Source: Lama glama (taxonomy: Eukaryota). From it: 64,000 nucleotides of DNA. The stretch covers positions 18,540,001-18,604,000 of the forward strand of contig CM052832.1 of NCBI GenBank assembly GCA_028534125.1, written 5' to 3'. Every line of letters begins with the position of its first letter. The stretch's first letter is position 1. This document shows, piece by piece, positions 27,101-38,892 of this stretch. Position numbers and translations under genes: made by a program. The notes beneath the pieces are model-generated. The model made no database searches, was not told the origin of the DNA, and saw only the letters and a list, made by a program, of their open reading frames with translations.

Positions 27101-30100
27101 CCCAAAGACACAATTTTGTCATCAAGGAACTTAAAATCAAAAAGGGGGTAAGAGATATGAAAAGGAGCACTGTTGTACACTGAGGATGGAGGATGTTAAC
27201 ATTGATTCAACAAATGTTTAGTGAGTTCTAATTTTGTATATACTGCTTACTGTTTCTCAAAACCAGGAATACAGTAAGCCTCTCTCATTGCTTGAAAATT
27301 TTGTGACCTGCCCTTTTAAGGTTTCCATGACAGAGCCTTTAAAGGTTGATCTGCTATAGTAATCAATCTTTATACATTTTTGTCTAGCAAATGCATTGGC
27401 CTGATGTTATAGGAACCCTGGATCTAAGAATATTATCCTCTAATGAAAAACACCAGGATTTACTGGTTCCACTGGAATTAGGCAGTTTGTAGATGGGATT
27501 CCAGAAAATGTTTCAGAAATCAAACAAACACAAGCATTAGCTGACAGTATCTGGGAAGATCCCACCCAGGGCTGCTTAAAGGCAAAATTGTGAAGTAGTA
27601 GAATTTTGCCTCTGGAACATTCCATATATCTTGGGAACCTTTCCACGTCATCCCTCTGTATATTACGTCCATGCCTGAGCCTCACATTTGTCTGCTCTGA
27701 ATTGCAGCCTCTACTGTTTAATTCCCTCCTCCAATCGGTATTTTGCCTATGATTAGGTCACATTTCCACAATTTTCTGGTTGTAGTAATAATGGGAGAAA
27801 TTTAAAAGAATGTATTAAATAAATAGCATAACTAAAAATATAACCCCACCAAGATTACATTTTCAACATCTTATGAAAGAAATTCTTCTGAGCCCCTTTG
27901 TGGATTTAATATAGAAGCAGGAAAGATTGTTATGATGCCTTTAATGACATCAGGTTATTCTAGTTAGGCAATCAGGATGTTAAAACTCAAATGTCATTTG
28001 CAAGTTTCACATGATAAACTCTGAACATTATCAACTTTAGCTACATAAATATGTATATCTATTAGGATTTGGTTAACCATAGATGATTTGCATCACAGAA
28101 ATCATGCCCAGCAGCTTCTGTCATAAAACAAGATTCTGAGATTTGAAAAGCACAAACTCACCGAAGATATAGAAGACATAAGGCCATCCTATGGTCTGGC
28201 AGATGTGACCACCAGCAAGGAAGATGATGAAGCAGCCCAGCACTGACCCTAAACAGAAGATGTTCTAGGTGAGAAAGTCAGACGTGGGACTCTGTGTGCT
28301 TCTTACAGATAGATTTCATCATAAAGTTGAGTTGCAACCCAGACTACAAAGTTCAAATTCTGCTCCTTTACTCAGTAGCTGTGTGATTTTGGACAAGTTA
28401 TTAGTCTATTTGTGTTTCAAATTCCTTTATGGATGAAATGGAAATAGTTATATATAAGTGAGTTGTAAGATTGTTCTGAGACTAAAATGAAATTAAAAGC
28501 ATTTGCAGGAATGTTTGGTGCCCAGAAAACCTTTGGTTAAGCTCAAGAAAGAAAGTATAGGATATTGTCTTAGAGCAAGAAGACAGAGCAGTTAGAATAC
28601 AAGGTTTTGGTTTCTGTTGATAAGCCATTGCAGAGTACTCTTGGACAGGGCACATAAGGTGAAAATTAGGGTATCAGTTACCTGATAGAGCAATGGTGGT
28701 GAGTTGACTCCTTTCCATTGGAGGAGCCCATCTGGCCCAGATTGAATACTGACATGTTAATGCCAAAACCTGGAAAAACAGTTGATTCTTGGCTACCTGA
28801 GGTCATTTTGGAATCTATGTTCTACTCATACTTAGAAAACATCTTGGTACCTGAACTAGGCCTTGGATGACCCGTAGGACAATAAGCAAAGTCACTCCAG
28901 TATCAGCTGCTAGTGGAATGAAGAGGTTCAGGACTGAGGAAATAAATATGCCAGCACCAGTCAAGTACCTAGCTCCAAATAGTTCAACCAGAAAGACACT
29001 AGGGATTGGAGCCAAGAATGAGCCAAAGTTGAGTGAGCTGAGGATGATTCCCTGGATTTCAGGACTCCAGTCATACATAGCAGCCTAGATGACAAAGAGA
29101 ATATCACTGTTTATCTCTGGCTAGAGAGATGACAGTTTTTGTTGTGAGTACTTGAGAGGCAAGAAAATAATTGGCAGTTCTCTTTCCTCTTACCTCTCTC
29201 CAAGCCCTCCAATCTACCAATTTTATCAAGAAAACCTAAGCATATACCCAACATTCTCCTTCCCTTCCCACAGTTTCCTCAGTTACACAATTAACTGACC
29301 AATTAAAGTATGAGAGCTTATAAAAAAAGAAAGCCTGTAGAGAAGAAAGCATCATAGACAAGGTAATTTAAAAATATGTGAAGGAAGAAAGGGAAAGTAA
29401 ACGTAAATATGTGAAACTTATTTTGTGATGATTTTCATCATAGGGAAGAATTTGTGCTCACTAAATGGTAAAAATCTGTTTCCTTCATTCTAATTTAGTC
29501 CCTAGTTACACTTACAGGCACTTAGTCACGATAAAACTTCAGATACAAATTATGTTCTTGTGTAATATAATTCCTTGAATACAGCCAATGCTCAATAAAT
29601 AATTCTTTAGTTCAAAATATTTGAGTCAAAGAAAGGATCCAGAGTCTCTTTAAACTTACCACAACCTTGAATTCCTCCAGAGTTTCATTCCAGTTATCCT
29701 GGGATTCAGTGGGTGGCTTTTCTGTGGAGGCATTGGGTAAGCTGGGCAGGGCTGTGTTGTTCACCATAGCTGGAATGGCAATGCTCATGTTCATTTGTTG
29801 GGTTAAAATCGAAAAATTACAGAGATGCATGATAAAGGCTAGCCCATGACGGACTGAACAAAAGCCTGAAACAAGAGGGTACAGAAAGTCTTAAAATTGG
29901 TATGCTTTTCTCCCACCCTCCCTAAATCTGGAAGTGGGAAGAGATTGCAGTCTGTCTGTGAGGCAGCAATATCGAGAGAGCAAATGTTATTCAGTAGGCA
30001 TCTGGTGGACACCTGTACCCCTACGAGATGAGGGGCCCAATAACTCACTCTGAACCGTTACTCAAGCAGAGACTTAAAGAATGTGTGAAATTGGAATTGG

Positions 30101-32608
30101 TCAGAGTAAGCATTAAGCAGAGTTTTCCAGGCAGGGTCCTGGTATGAGCTGATGAAAGCCGGAATGGAATGAAGTGGATTTAGACAGAGAATTGGCTGAA
30201 AGCTGCAACTGATTGGATACTGATAGTAAGAGACAGAAGTTGTTGGAAATGATCCCCAAGTGACTGACTTGGGCAGCGGGGGTGGCTTTCAGTACCATAT
30301 ACAACCAAGGAACATGGCAGATTAAAATGGGAGGAGATGAGGCTTGAAAGGTAGGCTAGGTTAGACTATAGAAGTATTTAAACTTCATCTTGATACTGTA
30401 ATCTAGGCTTGCACAGAATTTGCCAGTGATCCAGGGGAACTCTGGGGTTACCCCTGGGGTTGAGTCTAGATACATTAGTTTGACAACAGCTGGCAGGACT
30501 GACTGAATATCCCTGGAGAGAGATCCCAGAGGTATAATAAGTGATCCCTGTCCTCAAGGCATGTAGGTGCCCCATTTCCTGGCTCCTGCAAGGGATCAAA
30601 TGCTTGAAGTGGCCAGCACTGCTCCCTGTTGTGTAGCAATACTCTTGGTAAGTTCCAGGGATTGACAGAAGAATCTTCCAGCAGAACCTGAAGGTCCAGC
30701 TTTTTTCACCCAGCCTCTCTAGAGATAGAAGAGCATAAGCAACTCTATTATGTGACCACATGGCCAGATGTGACATATAATGGGGGAGGGGGCATTTCCT
30801 CACATGCCATGGAACTCCTGGATTTGATTCAGTGAGTGTCTTAGATGCACAGCCATGACCAGCAAAGATATCAGTAGCCTTTAGGGGTACCAGTATGGAG
30901 AGAAAACCCCAGCAGTGTCCTGAGGGTGTGATACAGAGGACCCAGCAGTGCTCAGTGAGTATGGACCGGAGAAAGAGAGGTGAGGGGAAAACTGATGTTG
31001 GAAAGCCAGCAAAGTTTATTCATAAGCACTTATGAAAAATACTTGGAGATCCAACAAAATAACCAGGTGGGACTTTGAGGAGTAGTTGAGGTTCTGCCTT
31101 ATCAGGTGGGAGGAGACGTAGCCAAAAAAGGATTAATATTATTAGCATAATGCCACTTGTAATAACAGACTGGGGTTAAGGGGTAGTCACCAGAGGACTA
31201 AGCAGCATGGTGGGGTGGGGTGCCCTAGAAGACTGTGGAAAAAACTGGAAAGACCCTATGAGTCCCACTTTTGACAAATTATCATGGAGAGTTCCCATGA
31301 CTGCCAAAAAGTGGGTGGAGGAGGGGCACTGTGTGAGAGATAATAATGAGAGCTAAAGTTTATACAATGTTTACTATGTGCCAGGCATTGTTCTAAATGG
31401 TTTACATATTATAACTAGTTTAGTCCTCATGGAAATCCTGTGAGGTATATGCTCTTATCATCATCTCATTTTTGCAAATTAGGAAACTGAGTCACAAAGT
31501 TTAAGTAATTTGCCTAAGTTTATGTGATTTGCCTAAGGTCACACAGCTCATAAAATGCAAAATCAGGACTGCAAACACAGGCAGTCTGGCGTCTAATCTG
31601 TACTCTTACTCAATATGCTATATTGTGCCATGGAAAATTTTTATATGTAAGTTCTCTGTATTACTGATTTTAAGAGAAAAAGAGAAGATAGGAGGATTTG
31701 GCTAATAGTATATAGTCCAATGGACTCCTAAATATTTAGAAATGGATGGGATCTTTAGAGATACAAACTCTTCCACTTTACAGAAGGGGAAGCTGAGGCA
31801 ATGGAGCAGTATTCATTCCATATCAAATGGTAGTTAATTGTAGGGGGAATATTTGAATGCATGTCTCCAGATTTCCTCTTTGATGGGTAAGATTAGGTGA
31901 ATCCTCTTTTCCTTAAGGCCTGTTCACTTCCCAGCAAACATACTGGCTAAAATGTTGAGTCTTGCAAAACATTCCATCTTGGTTAGTGTTTTACTTTTTA
32001 AAGGCATTGTCTTATGAAAAGCCTACATCCTTAAGAGAATTAATATACATAGTTATAAGTCATTAAGAGTTTAGGGTAAAATAAGGTGTTCAGCAGCTTC
32101 CCTTATGACATATTATAGAAAAGCACTACATTGTAATATACCTGAAAGGGAGGAGGAAAATTGACTTCTACGATATGGTATAAAGAAAAAGCCTTTCTCC
32201 TTGAGGCAGGTCTGGATCTAATATTAGCAGAAAGATCTAATGGAATGCTTATTTAGAATCAGAAAAGCCAAGGTTGGCTTCTGTATTGTCTACTTAGCGT
32301 CCACTCTGAATTTTTTCTTTATCTATAAATAATATCTTGATACCTACCTGTCCTTCAAGGTTTCTTGCATGAAATGAAGTAATTCTCAGTAAAAATGCTT
32401 TACAGCTATATAGAATTCTTGGCAATTAGTTGTAGCAAGAAGATGCTATATATTACCAAAGGGAAGATGAGGTGACATAGATCCCAGTTTTATTCACACC
32501 CCAGTACATGGTTTTACCTTTCCTGGAGGTACGCGCTTGAGCTGTGTTTAAATTGCCATCATTGACAATACCTTCCCCTGTGACCTCAGCTTCTACTGTA
32601 GTGGACAT
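18001..32608 (-). CDS. SLC17A4: SLC17A4 (intestinal urate exporter, MFS/SLC17 family), spliced CDS with 11 coding exons, 1503 nt, 500 aa
   Basis: Exons 32608-32518, 29865-29660, 29084-28851, 28769-28682, 28248-28162, 26230-26112, 25989-25828, 20865-20733, 20648-20501, 19627-19537, 18144-18001. All have GT-AG boundaries and compatible phases. Translation MSTTVEAEV...GFCSVRHGL...[14 protein letters not shown]...[10 protein letters not shown]...LDIAPRY...VQDWAK matches SLC17A4. Confidence 0.95.
18290..18680 (-). mobile_element. L2 3' remnant with (GAGT)n tail
   Basis: CCTTCCTTGACCACCCTACTTAAAATGG...GGACAGGGATTTTTG...TGCATGGCACATG...TATTTGTTGACTGAATGAA. Confidence 0.65.
18773..18808 (+). repeat. 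poly(A)/(GAAA)n microsatellite
   Basis: Directly visible. Confidence 0.9.
19196..19310. mobile_element. MER94-like hAT MITE
   Basis: Imperfect terminal inverted repeats TAGGGTGACCAAC ... GTTGGCCATTCTA, with internal GAAAGTCCCACATCCCAGGAAA. Confidence 0.7.
19537..19627 (-). CDS. SLC17A4: SLC17A4 coding exon 10 (91 bp): [30 protein letters not shown]
   Basis: ctccAG acceptor, CAG|GTAAGG donor. Confidence 0.93.
20501..20648 (-). CDS. SLC17A4: SLC17A4 coding exon 9 (148 bp): [48 protein letters not shown]
   Basis: ccccAG acceptor, CG|GTAGGG donor, conserved NFLDIAPR. Confidence 0.93.
20733..20865 (-). CDS. SLC17A4: SLC17A4 coding exon 8 (133 bp): [44 protein letters not shown]
   Basis: tctcAG acceptor, G|GTAAGA donor. 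Confidence 0.93.
21175..25020 (+). mobile_element. Long L1 (5' region, ORF1, 5' half of ORF2, internal deletion, 3' UTR) in an SLC17A4 intron, antisense to the gene
   Basis: ORF1 motifs at 21480-22330 and ORF2 from about 22830 (ATCACTTTAAATGTCAATGGACTGAATGCTCCAATCAAAAGAC). Jumps at about 24460 to 3'-end sequence ending TATACTTCAATAAA. Confidence 0.9.
25828..25989 (-). CDS. SLC17A4: SLC17A4 coding exon 7 (162 bp): [54 protein letters not shown]
   Basis: ttccAG acceptor, GAT|GTAAGT donor. Confidence 0.94.
26112..26230 (-). CDS. SLC17A4: SLC17A4 coding exon 6 (119 bp): [39 protein letters not shown]
   Basis: ccctAG acceptor, GAG|GTAAAC donor, YDDPxxHP motif. Confidence 0.94.
26297..26665 (+). 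mobile_element. MLT1-type MaLR LTR
   Basis: TGTGG...AATGGCCCCAAT...CCATTGACTTTGGC...GATTATTGTTTTAAATCACTGAGTTTGGGG. Confidence 0.7.
28162..28248 (-). CDS. SLC17A4: SLC17A4 coding exon 5 (87 bp): [28 protein letters not shown]
   Basis: gtttAG acceptor, G|GTGAGT donor, [10 protein letters not shown] motif. Confidence 0.94.
28335..28530 (+). mobile_element. MIR SINE
   Basis: TTCAAATTCTGCTCC...TAGCTGTGTGATTTTGGACAAGTTA...ATGAAATGGAAATA core. Confidence 0.7.
28682..28769 (-). CDS. SLC17A4: SLC17A4 coding exon 4 (88 bp): [29 protein letters not shown]
   Basis: ttccAG acceptor, G|GTAACT donor, WAPPxERS motif. Confidence 0.94.
28851..29084 (-). CDS. SLC17A4: SLC17A4 coding exon 3 (234 bp): [40 protein letters not shown]...LRVIQGLVQ
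   Basis: atctAG acceptor, CAG|GTACCA donor. Confidence 0.95.
29660..29865 (-). CDS. SLC17A4: SLC17A4 coding exon 2 (206 bp): [37 protein letters not shown]...[10 protein letters not shown]
   Basis: tttcAG acceptor, GTG|GTAAGT donor. Confidence 0.95.
31340..31625 (-). mobile_element. MIR SINE
   Basis: TTTACTATGTGCCAGGCATTGTTCTAAA...AGGAAACTGAGTCACA...TGATTTGCCTAAGGTCACACAGC. Confidence 0.85.
32518..32608 (-). CDS. SLC17A4: SLC17A4 first coding exon (91 bp coding): [30 protein letters not shown]
   Basis: ATG at 32608 in AAAATGT context, AAG|GTAAAA donor, upstream acceptor at about 32642-32647. Resembles the SLC17A4 N-terminus (MST...DGNLN.AQ...SRKG). Confidence 0.9.
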
Positions 32609-32949
32609 TTTGGTTCTCTTCTCTCAGGGACTGGCGTTTACCTACTGAAGTAAAAGAATACAGAGAAAAGTGTCCCATATCATACATGGCATGGCCCCAA
32701 TTCTTCTAAGAATTAGGAGAAAACGTCTGGTGGAAAAAGAGTTAGATTCGGGTTCAGGAGACCTGGTTTGTTGTCCAGACTTGATCACCATCCAGATGTG
32801 TGGTCTTGGGAATGTCACGTCTCTGCTTCTCTAAAATGAGGGATCTGGCCTGGATTGCCTTAATAGATCATAATATTCTTTCCAGTTCTGTGTTCTCATG
32901 TCTCTTTAAGAAATAATGAATCAAAATTTTTCAGAATAGATAAAACTCA

Positions 32950-34010
32950 AGATTTCTCAGATTCAGGAATCACAGTGAGTCTCAAACCAGAGAAATGAAA
33001 TTAAATCTACATCTAGATATATCATAAGGATACTGCAGGATACAAAAAGCATAAGACTTATGTATAGCAATAGCTGCCATAAAAGTCATTGACAGAAAAG
33101 GAGAAATTTCAGTATGAAATCCAGTAAGAGAGTGGTGCTTTTTAAACTTCTTCAAGATAATAGAAAAAGACAAAAATACAGGAAAATGGGGGAAGAGTAG
33201 GTAACCATCAGAACAATACATAAATATAAACGAAGAACAAACAGGGGGAAGTGCACTCTGCCTTACTACAAAGGTCATGGAAGTTAAAAGAACAGTACCT
33301 TACTATTTCTCACCCATCAGCTTTCATAAATATGCAAGAGACTTTCATCACTGAGTTTAGGCAAAAGTGGGAGTAAATAAACTGTTGTTTAAGGTTGTCA
33401 AACTGCATCCTTCCACTTAGTATTTCTGCTTCATGACATCTGCACAGCCACACAAAGAGTATGTCCCAAGACACTCCTTGTAACAATAGTTGTAAAAGTA
33501 AAATATCAGAAACAACTAATGATTGTTAATATTTGAATAGTTAAGAAAAGTACATGTAAATTTGGGGATACTATACAGTCATAAAAAACAATCGATTGGA
33601 TATATATATATATATATAAAAAGCATATAAAGATTTAGAAGATATATTGGGTGAAAAAAGCAAGTTGTAGAATAGTAAGTACAAGATAATAAAGTAAAAC
33701 ACACCCACACATAATATTCCATTATGTAATTTATGTGTTTAAAAGTGAATAGAAAATTATGAAAAGAAAATTTACAACACTGAGACAATGACAGCTCTCA
33801 TCTACATTGTCCTGAGCTCTGGTTTTCAAATTAAGATGCATGGATCTAACAACACTGGTCATCTGTATAGAAGGGAATGCAGAGTGTCAGTCCCTTGGGA
33901 AGGAGTGGCCACACAGGAATTTAATTTGATCTGTGGTGTTTAAATGCATTACAACAATAATGCATTTGTGAATAACTACTGTGATTTAAAAATACATTTA
34001 AAACTACAAC
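32950..34010 (+). mobile_element. Very old L1ME-type 3' remnants
   Basis: TACTATTTCTCACCCATCAG, CCTTCCACTTAGTATTT and similar degenerate L1 3' motifs. Confidence 0.5.
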
Positions 34011-36209
34011 AACAGAAAGCTGTCAGAAGAAACTGGGGTCACAATGTGTGGAGTGTAGGAATCTTTCATCCTGACTGACACCTTCAGGAAGTGTGTACAC
34101 CTGTGTATGTGTGTGTGGTAAAGTGTGTGTGCAGGTACAACTGGATGTTTACATGGGACTGTTATGACTCCAGTTTGACTGAAGCTATCCTATTTTGAGA
34201 AGAAAACAGTAAGCTTCATTCCAAAGTGATGGAAGAGACTTGAGAAGGACGAGGCAGCTGAGGGCACACACTGACTGAGATAAAGAAGCTGAGAGAATGT
34301 CTTTAGAGAAAGTTGCTAGTATGCTCCATCACTTGTTCACCCTGCCTCTGTGAAAGAGGGGAAGAGGGTACCGTCCATTATTTCAAATCAAACGATGATG
34401 GTTACCTGCAAGGGGGTCGTCCAGAGCTTATGTCCCCGGGAGGTTGTGTTGTATGTGTGCCTGTATGTGTGTGAGAGAGAGAAAAGGGGGCTGGTGAGTG
34501 ACACATGCCTCAGAATCTAAGGGCATGGGGCTGTGACTATTAGCCTGGGGCTGTAGAGCAGAGAAAGGCCCATGGCACACAGACCTCCCACAGCAGCAAG
34601 TGCAAAGATGCCTGGACAAAGGCCTGCAGGTCCTTCTGAATTAGATATAGACTTCTCAGGAGAGATCCAGTTTATAGCCTACTAAATTCCTGCCCAAAAG
34701 AACTGTCTTGAGAGGCCACATGACCCCAAAAAAGTGGGGTGGACTGACTGAAGTATGCCCAACAGCTGAGGAAGGAACAGTAAGAGCTGAGCAGTGGATA
34801 TGCATCACCTGTGACATGGGGGAGACCAATGGGTGTCCCCAGTGTAGAACTCTCCAAAAGATTAGCACTGAACACCCACTCAAGCCCAGAAAGCACCAAT
34901 GCCAGGTCACATGAGTCCTGGTTAAAAACCACATTTCCTGCCTCTTACCAACCACCCCATATCTCCCTAACCACCAGCCCTAGAGGGATCAGAAGCCTCA
35001 GCTAGCAAGCAGGGTGAGGGAAGGAGCTGACAGAGAAAGAGAGTAAGTCAAACCAAATGAACCATCTTCCTTCAACCCGAGCTGCAGATGGGGAGAAACT
35101 CTAATTTTAGGTGATGTCTGGAGTTTTGTCCTTTTCATCAGACTGGAGCTATCAGTTATAACATGAGATTATTTGGAGGCTGAAAACAACCAATGGATTT
35201 TTTGCTCTCTGAAAATAATCAGAAAAGTTATGGGGCCGTATAGATAGATGTAAAGGGAAGTAGGGCAGGGCAGGGGTTGTTGGTGAAATAAAATTGTTTC
35301 CGCTTTCTCTCTATGGAGTACTACTTTCATTATTATCGTAGCAAGTAGATATCTGATTCCTTGATGATACTGTTTTTAACTGTAAGTGGAAACATTACAT
35401 AATGTCTGTGCACGTCTCACTTAAACTTGGTAGTGGTTAACTAACAGAACAGTTGCTGCATTACATCGTTCAAAAGCACAAATATTATAGAACAAAGAGC
35501 CCTCCAGTCCACCTTGGAATCCAGAAACACACTGAAAGTTGAATTAATCCAAATCATTGCTCATTGGCAAAATTGGCTCTGGTAACTGAAAAGAAACCTG
35601 TCATAAGAAGGGACTGAATTTTCTGCTGTAAAAGTAATTTGCTTATCATATCTGTTTACACCTTAGGGCAATTAACTGAATTGATAGAATTATAGCAGTC
35701 ACAGGAATTGAAGACATAGCTTTCAGAATAACATTTTCCCACAGGGTTATACCTATAAGGACTCTTCTAGTGTGCCAGTGCCTAAGAGTTCACTGACCAC
35801 TAGTTCATTTATTGATTCAGTAAATATTTTTTGACCCCATAAATAGGATGTTCTGCTACCTTAGCTCTTTCTCTTGCATTTATGACTGAAGAACTTAGTT
35901 CTCATTAAATTGCCCCTTCTCTATATTTATTACTACAGAAGCATTTGCTAGTTTTTCTAGTAACCAGCAATAATGCCAGCATCGTGTCCCCAGCTGCATC
36001 AGTTTGTCCTACCTTCACCCTCCACTGCCAATTTCTACTGCCTTGTTAACTCCAGCAAAGTCTCCAGGATGGTCACAAAGTGAAAAGAAAGAAGTTAACA
36101 GTGACGTATGCCATGAAGAAAATGAGAGTAGCAGGGACAGCGACTAAGTAATTAGCATCTTGAGAAAAGGACAATTACTTTACCAAATCTAATGACTTTA
36201 CCTGGTTTA

Positions 36210-36900
36210 TGAGAAAGTTATATCTGAATTGCAGTGGGAATGATGAGAAGGAAGCAGCTCTGAACAAGAACATTCCAGACAAAGGGACCAGCAAGTTTGA
36301 CCAACATGGCCAGTGCAGAGTGGGTGAGGAGGTTACCAGTGGGAGAGGAGATCAAAGTGGTAGTCAGGGACCACACCACGTAGGATCCTATGGGCTGAGT
36401 AAGGGGATTGGATTTACCTTGGCTGCTGTGGGGTATGTGGTCTATAAGAGACAAGACTAAGAACCAAGAGACTTGGGAAAAGGCTGTTGTAGTCACCTAT
36501 TCAAGAGTTGATGTTGTCTGAGTTATGCTGGTCATGACACAAAAGATCCAATTGAGGATCTGTTTTGAAGCTAGAGCCAAGAAGAATTTCTAGTGAGGTG
36601 GATAGCGGGATGAGAAAAAGGCGGGAATGATCATTGAAGACTTCTAGATTTATGACTTTAGCAAATGAGTGAATGGTTTTGTGCTCAGTGGAGATGGGCG
36701 AATGAGCTAGAGGAGACCAGGTTTCCAGAAGCAAAATAAGAGTTTTGCTTTGGACACGTTGGATTTCAGGTGCCTGTTAGACCCAGAAGGGAAGACTGTG
36801 CAGTAGACCTTGTGTCTATGAGTCTGTAGCTTGAGACAGAGGACCCAGGTAGAAATATAAATTTGAAAGTTATCAACTTTATTTATTTAGAGACCATGTA
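36210..36900 (+). mobile_element. L2 LINE remnant
   Basis: AACATTCCAGACAAAGGGACCAGCAAG...GAGTTTTGCTTTGGACACGTTGGATTTCAGGTGCCTGTTAGAC. Confidence 0.7.
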
Positions 36901-37875
36901 AATGAGGAAGAACCTGAAAAGAAACTGGGCGGGTCATTCTTATATCAATTTCCTATGTTTCTCCGGCCAAGGCTGTTTCTGTGTCTATTACCTTTGCATT
37001 AGATATATCCTGCTCTTCTGCCATTCACTAGTTCAGTGTAGAATGAGACTTTTCCCTAAGGTACCATGCAGTGCTATTAATGTTATCTCTGCCTGGTCTC
37101 AGCACTAAGCATTTCCTCCATACAAAAACAGTTTGTAGCTCTTACTCATAGCCCCCAAATAAAAGTTGTCTGCCCCAAACTCCTTACTCATTAAGTACTT
37201 TCCAAAGCCAAGTAGGACTTCATTTTGTTTTACTTTTCCCCATATATAAATTACTTGGACATATCTGGTCTGTTTTGATTATTTGATCTTTTTAGCGCTG
37301 ATGAAAATCTTCCTCTGCCAGAGTTTACACTTAGTATCTCACCATAGATGTGATCAATGTTTTTTTTTAATTAATGCACCCCCCTAAAAAACAAGCACAA
37401 TTTATGAATCTTAAGCTGCAAGGCATCTACTATAATTCCAATATTTGGGTGATATTAACCCTAAAAAAGATAGTTTAAAATTGCTGGTTTGCCTCCAGGT
37501 CTCTGCAGCCATCCGTTTGGATGATTGTATTCTCAGGGTTGTTTCTCTTGGCATTCTGGGGCTTTTTTTTTTTTTTTTTTTTTTTTTTAGGAAAAAGTGA
37601 CATCCTCTCTCATTTTTCAGAATTATCTAAGGAAAGAAGAGTTATCTTCCCGAACCCCACAATCTCCACCCCAAAACAACAAATTAAGTTACTGTCTATG
37701 GAAAAAAACCCATTGCCATCATCTCAAAAGCAGAATATTAAGAGCAAAAAACTGAACGCTAACCTGAGGGAGGTGGAGTGCAGGATCCTCATTCCATTCA
37801 AATAAATTTCTCTCAGCTTCTCAAAATTTCCTAATCCCCAGAGGTAAATGATTACCCCAAAATTTTGGCACTTAC

Positions 37876-37960
37876 GTTGCCAAAGTGGAGAATTTTATTG
37901 GCTCAGTGGTTTAACTTTTAACTTTCATTGTTTCACTGACAAGTAGATCAAGCTTGTTAA
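37876..37960 (-). other. SLC17A4: Candidate non-coding first exon of SLC17A4 (5' limit uncertain)
   Basis: Strong donor AAC|GTAAGT at 37876/37875 in non-repetitive sequence about 5.2 kb upstream of the first coding exon. That exon has an acceptor and so needs an upstream exon. Confidence 0.45.
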
Positions 37961-38739
37961 ATCTTCCTCATGCTTCAAATCCAGACAAGGTCACTTCCAT
38001 CTTCCTTGATCTTTTATTCAGAATCAGTGCACCGTCTTGTAGAAGCCTGACACCCCATGCTCCTTGTCTAAGCATTGCCACTCTATAGGAGCTTTCAGGG
38101 TTATTGTATTCCTCATGGGGATGGGATATGTATTGTCCTTTTTAGTCTTCTCTCCATCATCCTCCTGTTTAGTAGAACTGGGCTCTCCACACAGTGGAGA
38201 CCTAATATATTTTGGTTAACTTGAATGATTTTTGTGGTTTTCTGATTATACCTATTTGCACAAAGGCCACTGAGTTTTATGTGAAAATTGACTCCCTGTG
38301 ATTCTGTTCCCTTTTGTAGCAAAACATTTCATAAGACTCACATGTACTTGTGGTGTTTCCTTACATCATATTCTCTCTCTTTTTAAAGTGAAGTGTGGTT
38401 GACTTAAAATATTACAATAGTTCAGGTGTATATATAGTAATTTGATATTTTTATAGATTATATTCCATACAAAGTCATTCTTTCTTGAGCCTGCTAGCAA
38501 CAAGAGAGCACTTGGCAAAGCCATCACTGAGCTCCATGCTGGCAAATCCAGTAGTCACTTCTCAGGCCTTATCTGTCAAGGCTTGACAGCTTTCATCACT
38601 CACTCCTTGTTTCACTTGATTGTCTCATGTCAGTCAAGTCTGATTTTTCTCATGCCTTATTGGTTGCTCTTTCTGAGTCCTTTTTGCTGAATCATCATCT
38701 TTTCCTTAACCTCTAATGTTGGTGTACCCAGAACTCTGT

Positions 38740-38892
38740 TCTTTTTAAAAATTTTTTTTAATTTTTGGGATGGAAAAGTTAACTTGGTTTATTATTTACT
38801 TATTTATTTCTAACAGAGGTACTGGGGATTGAACCCAGGACCTTGCGCATGCTAAGCATGCACTCTACTACTGAGCTACACCCTTCCCTACC
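38740..38892 (-). mobile_element. Vic-1-type tRNA-derived SINE (camelid)
   Basis: Reverse strand reads GGGTGTAGCTCAGTAGTAGAGTGCATGCTTAGCATGCGCAAGGTCCTGGGTTCAATCCCCAGTACCTC plus A-rich tail. 13-bp TSD CCCAGAACTCTGT at 38727-38739 and 38893-38905. Confidence 0.9.

Noticed and set aside
30390..31310. GC-richer segment with a 141-aa ORF in an SLC17A4 intron
   Set aside because: No recognisable protein similarity or splice context; probably an old LTR-derived sequence that I could not classify.
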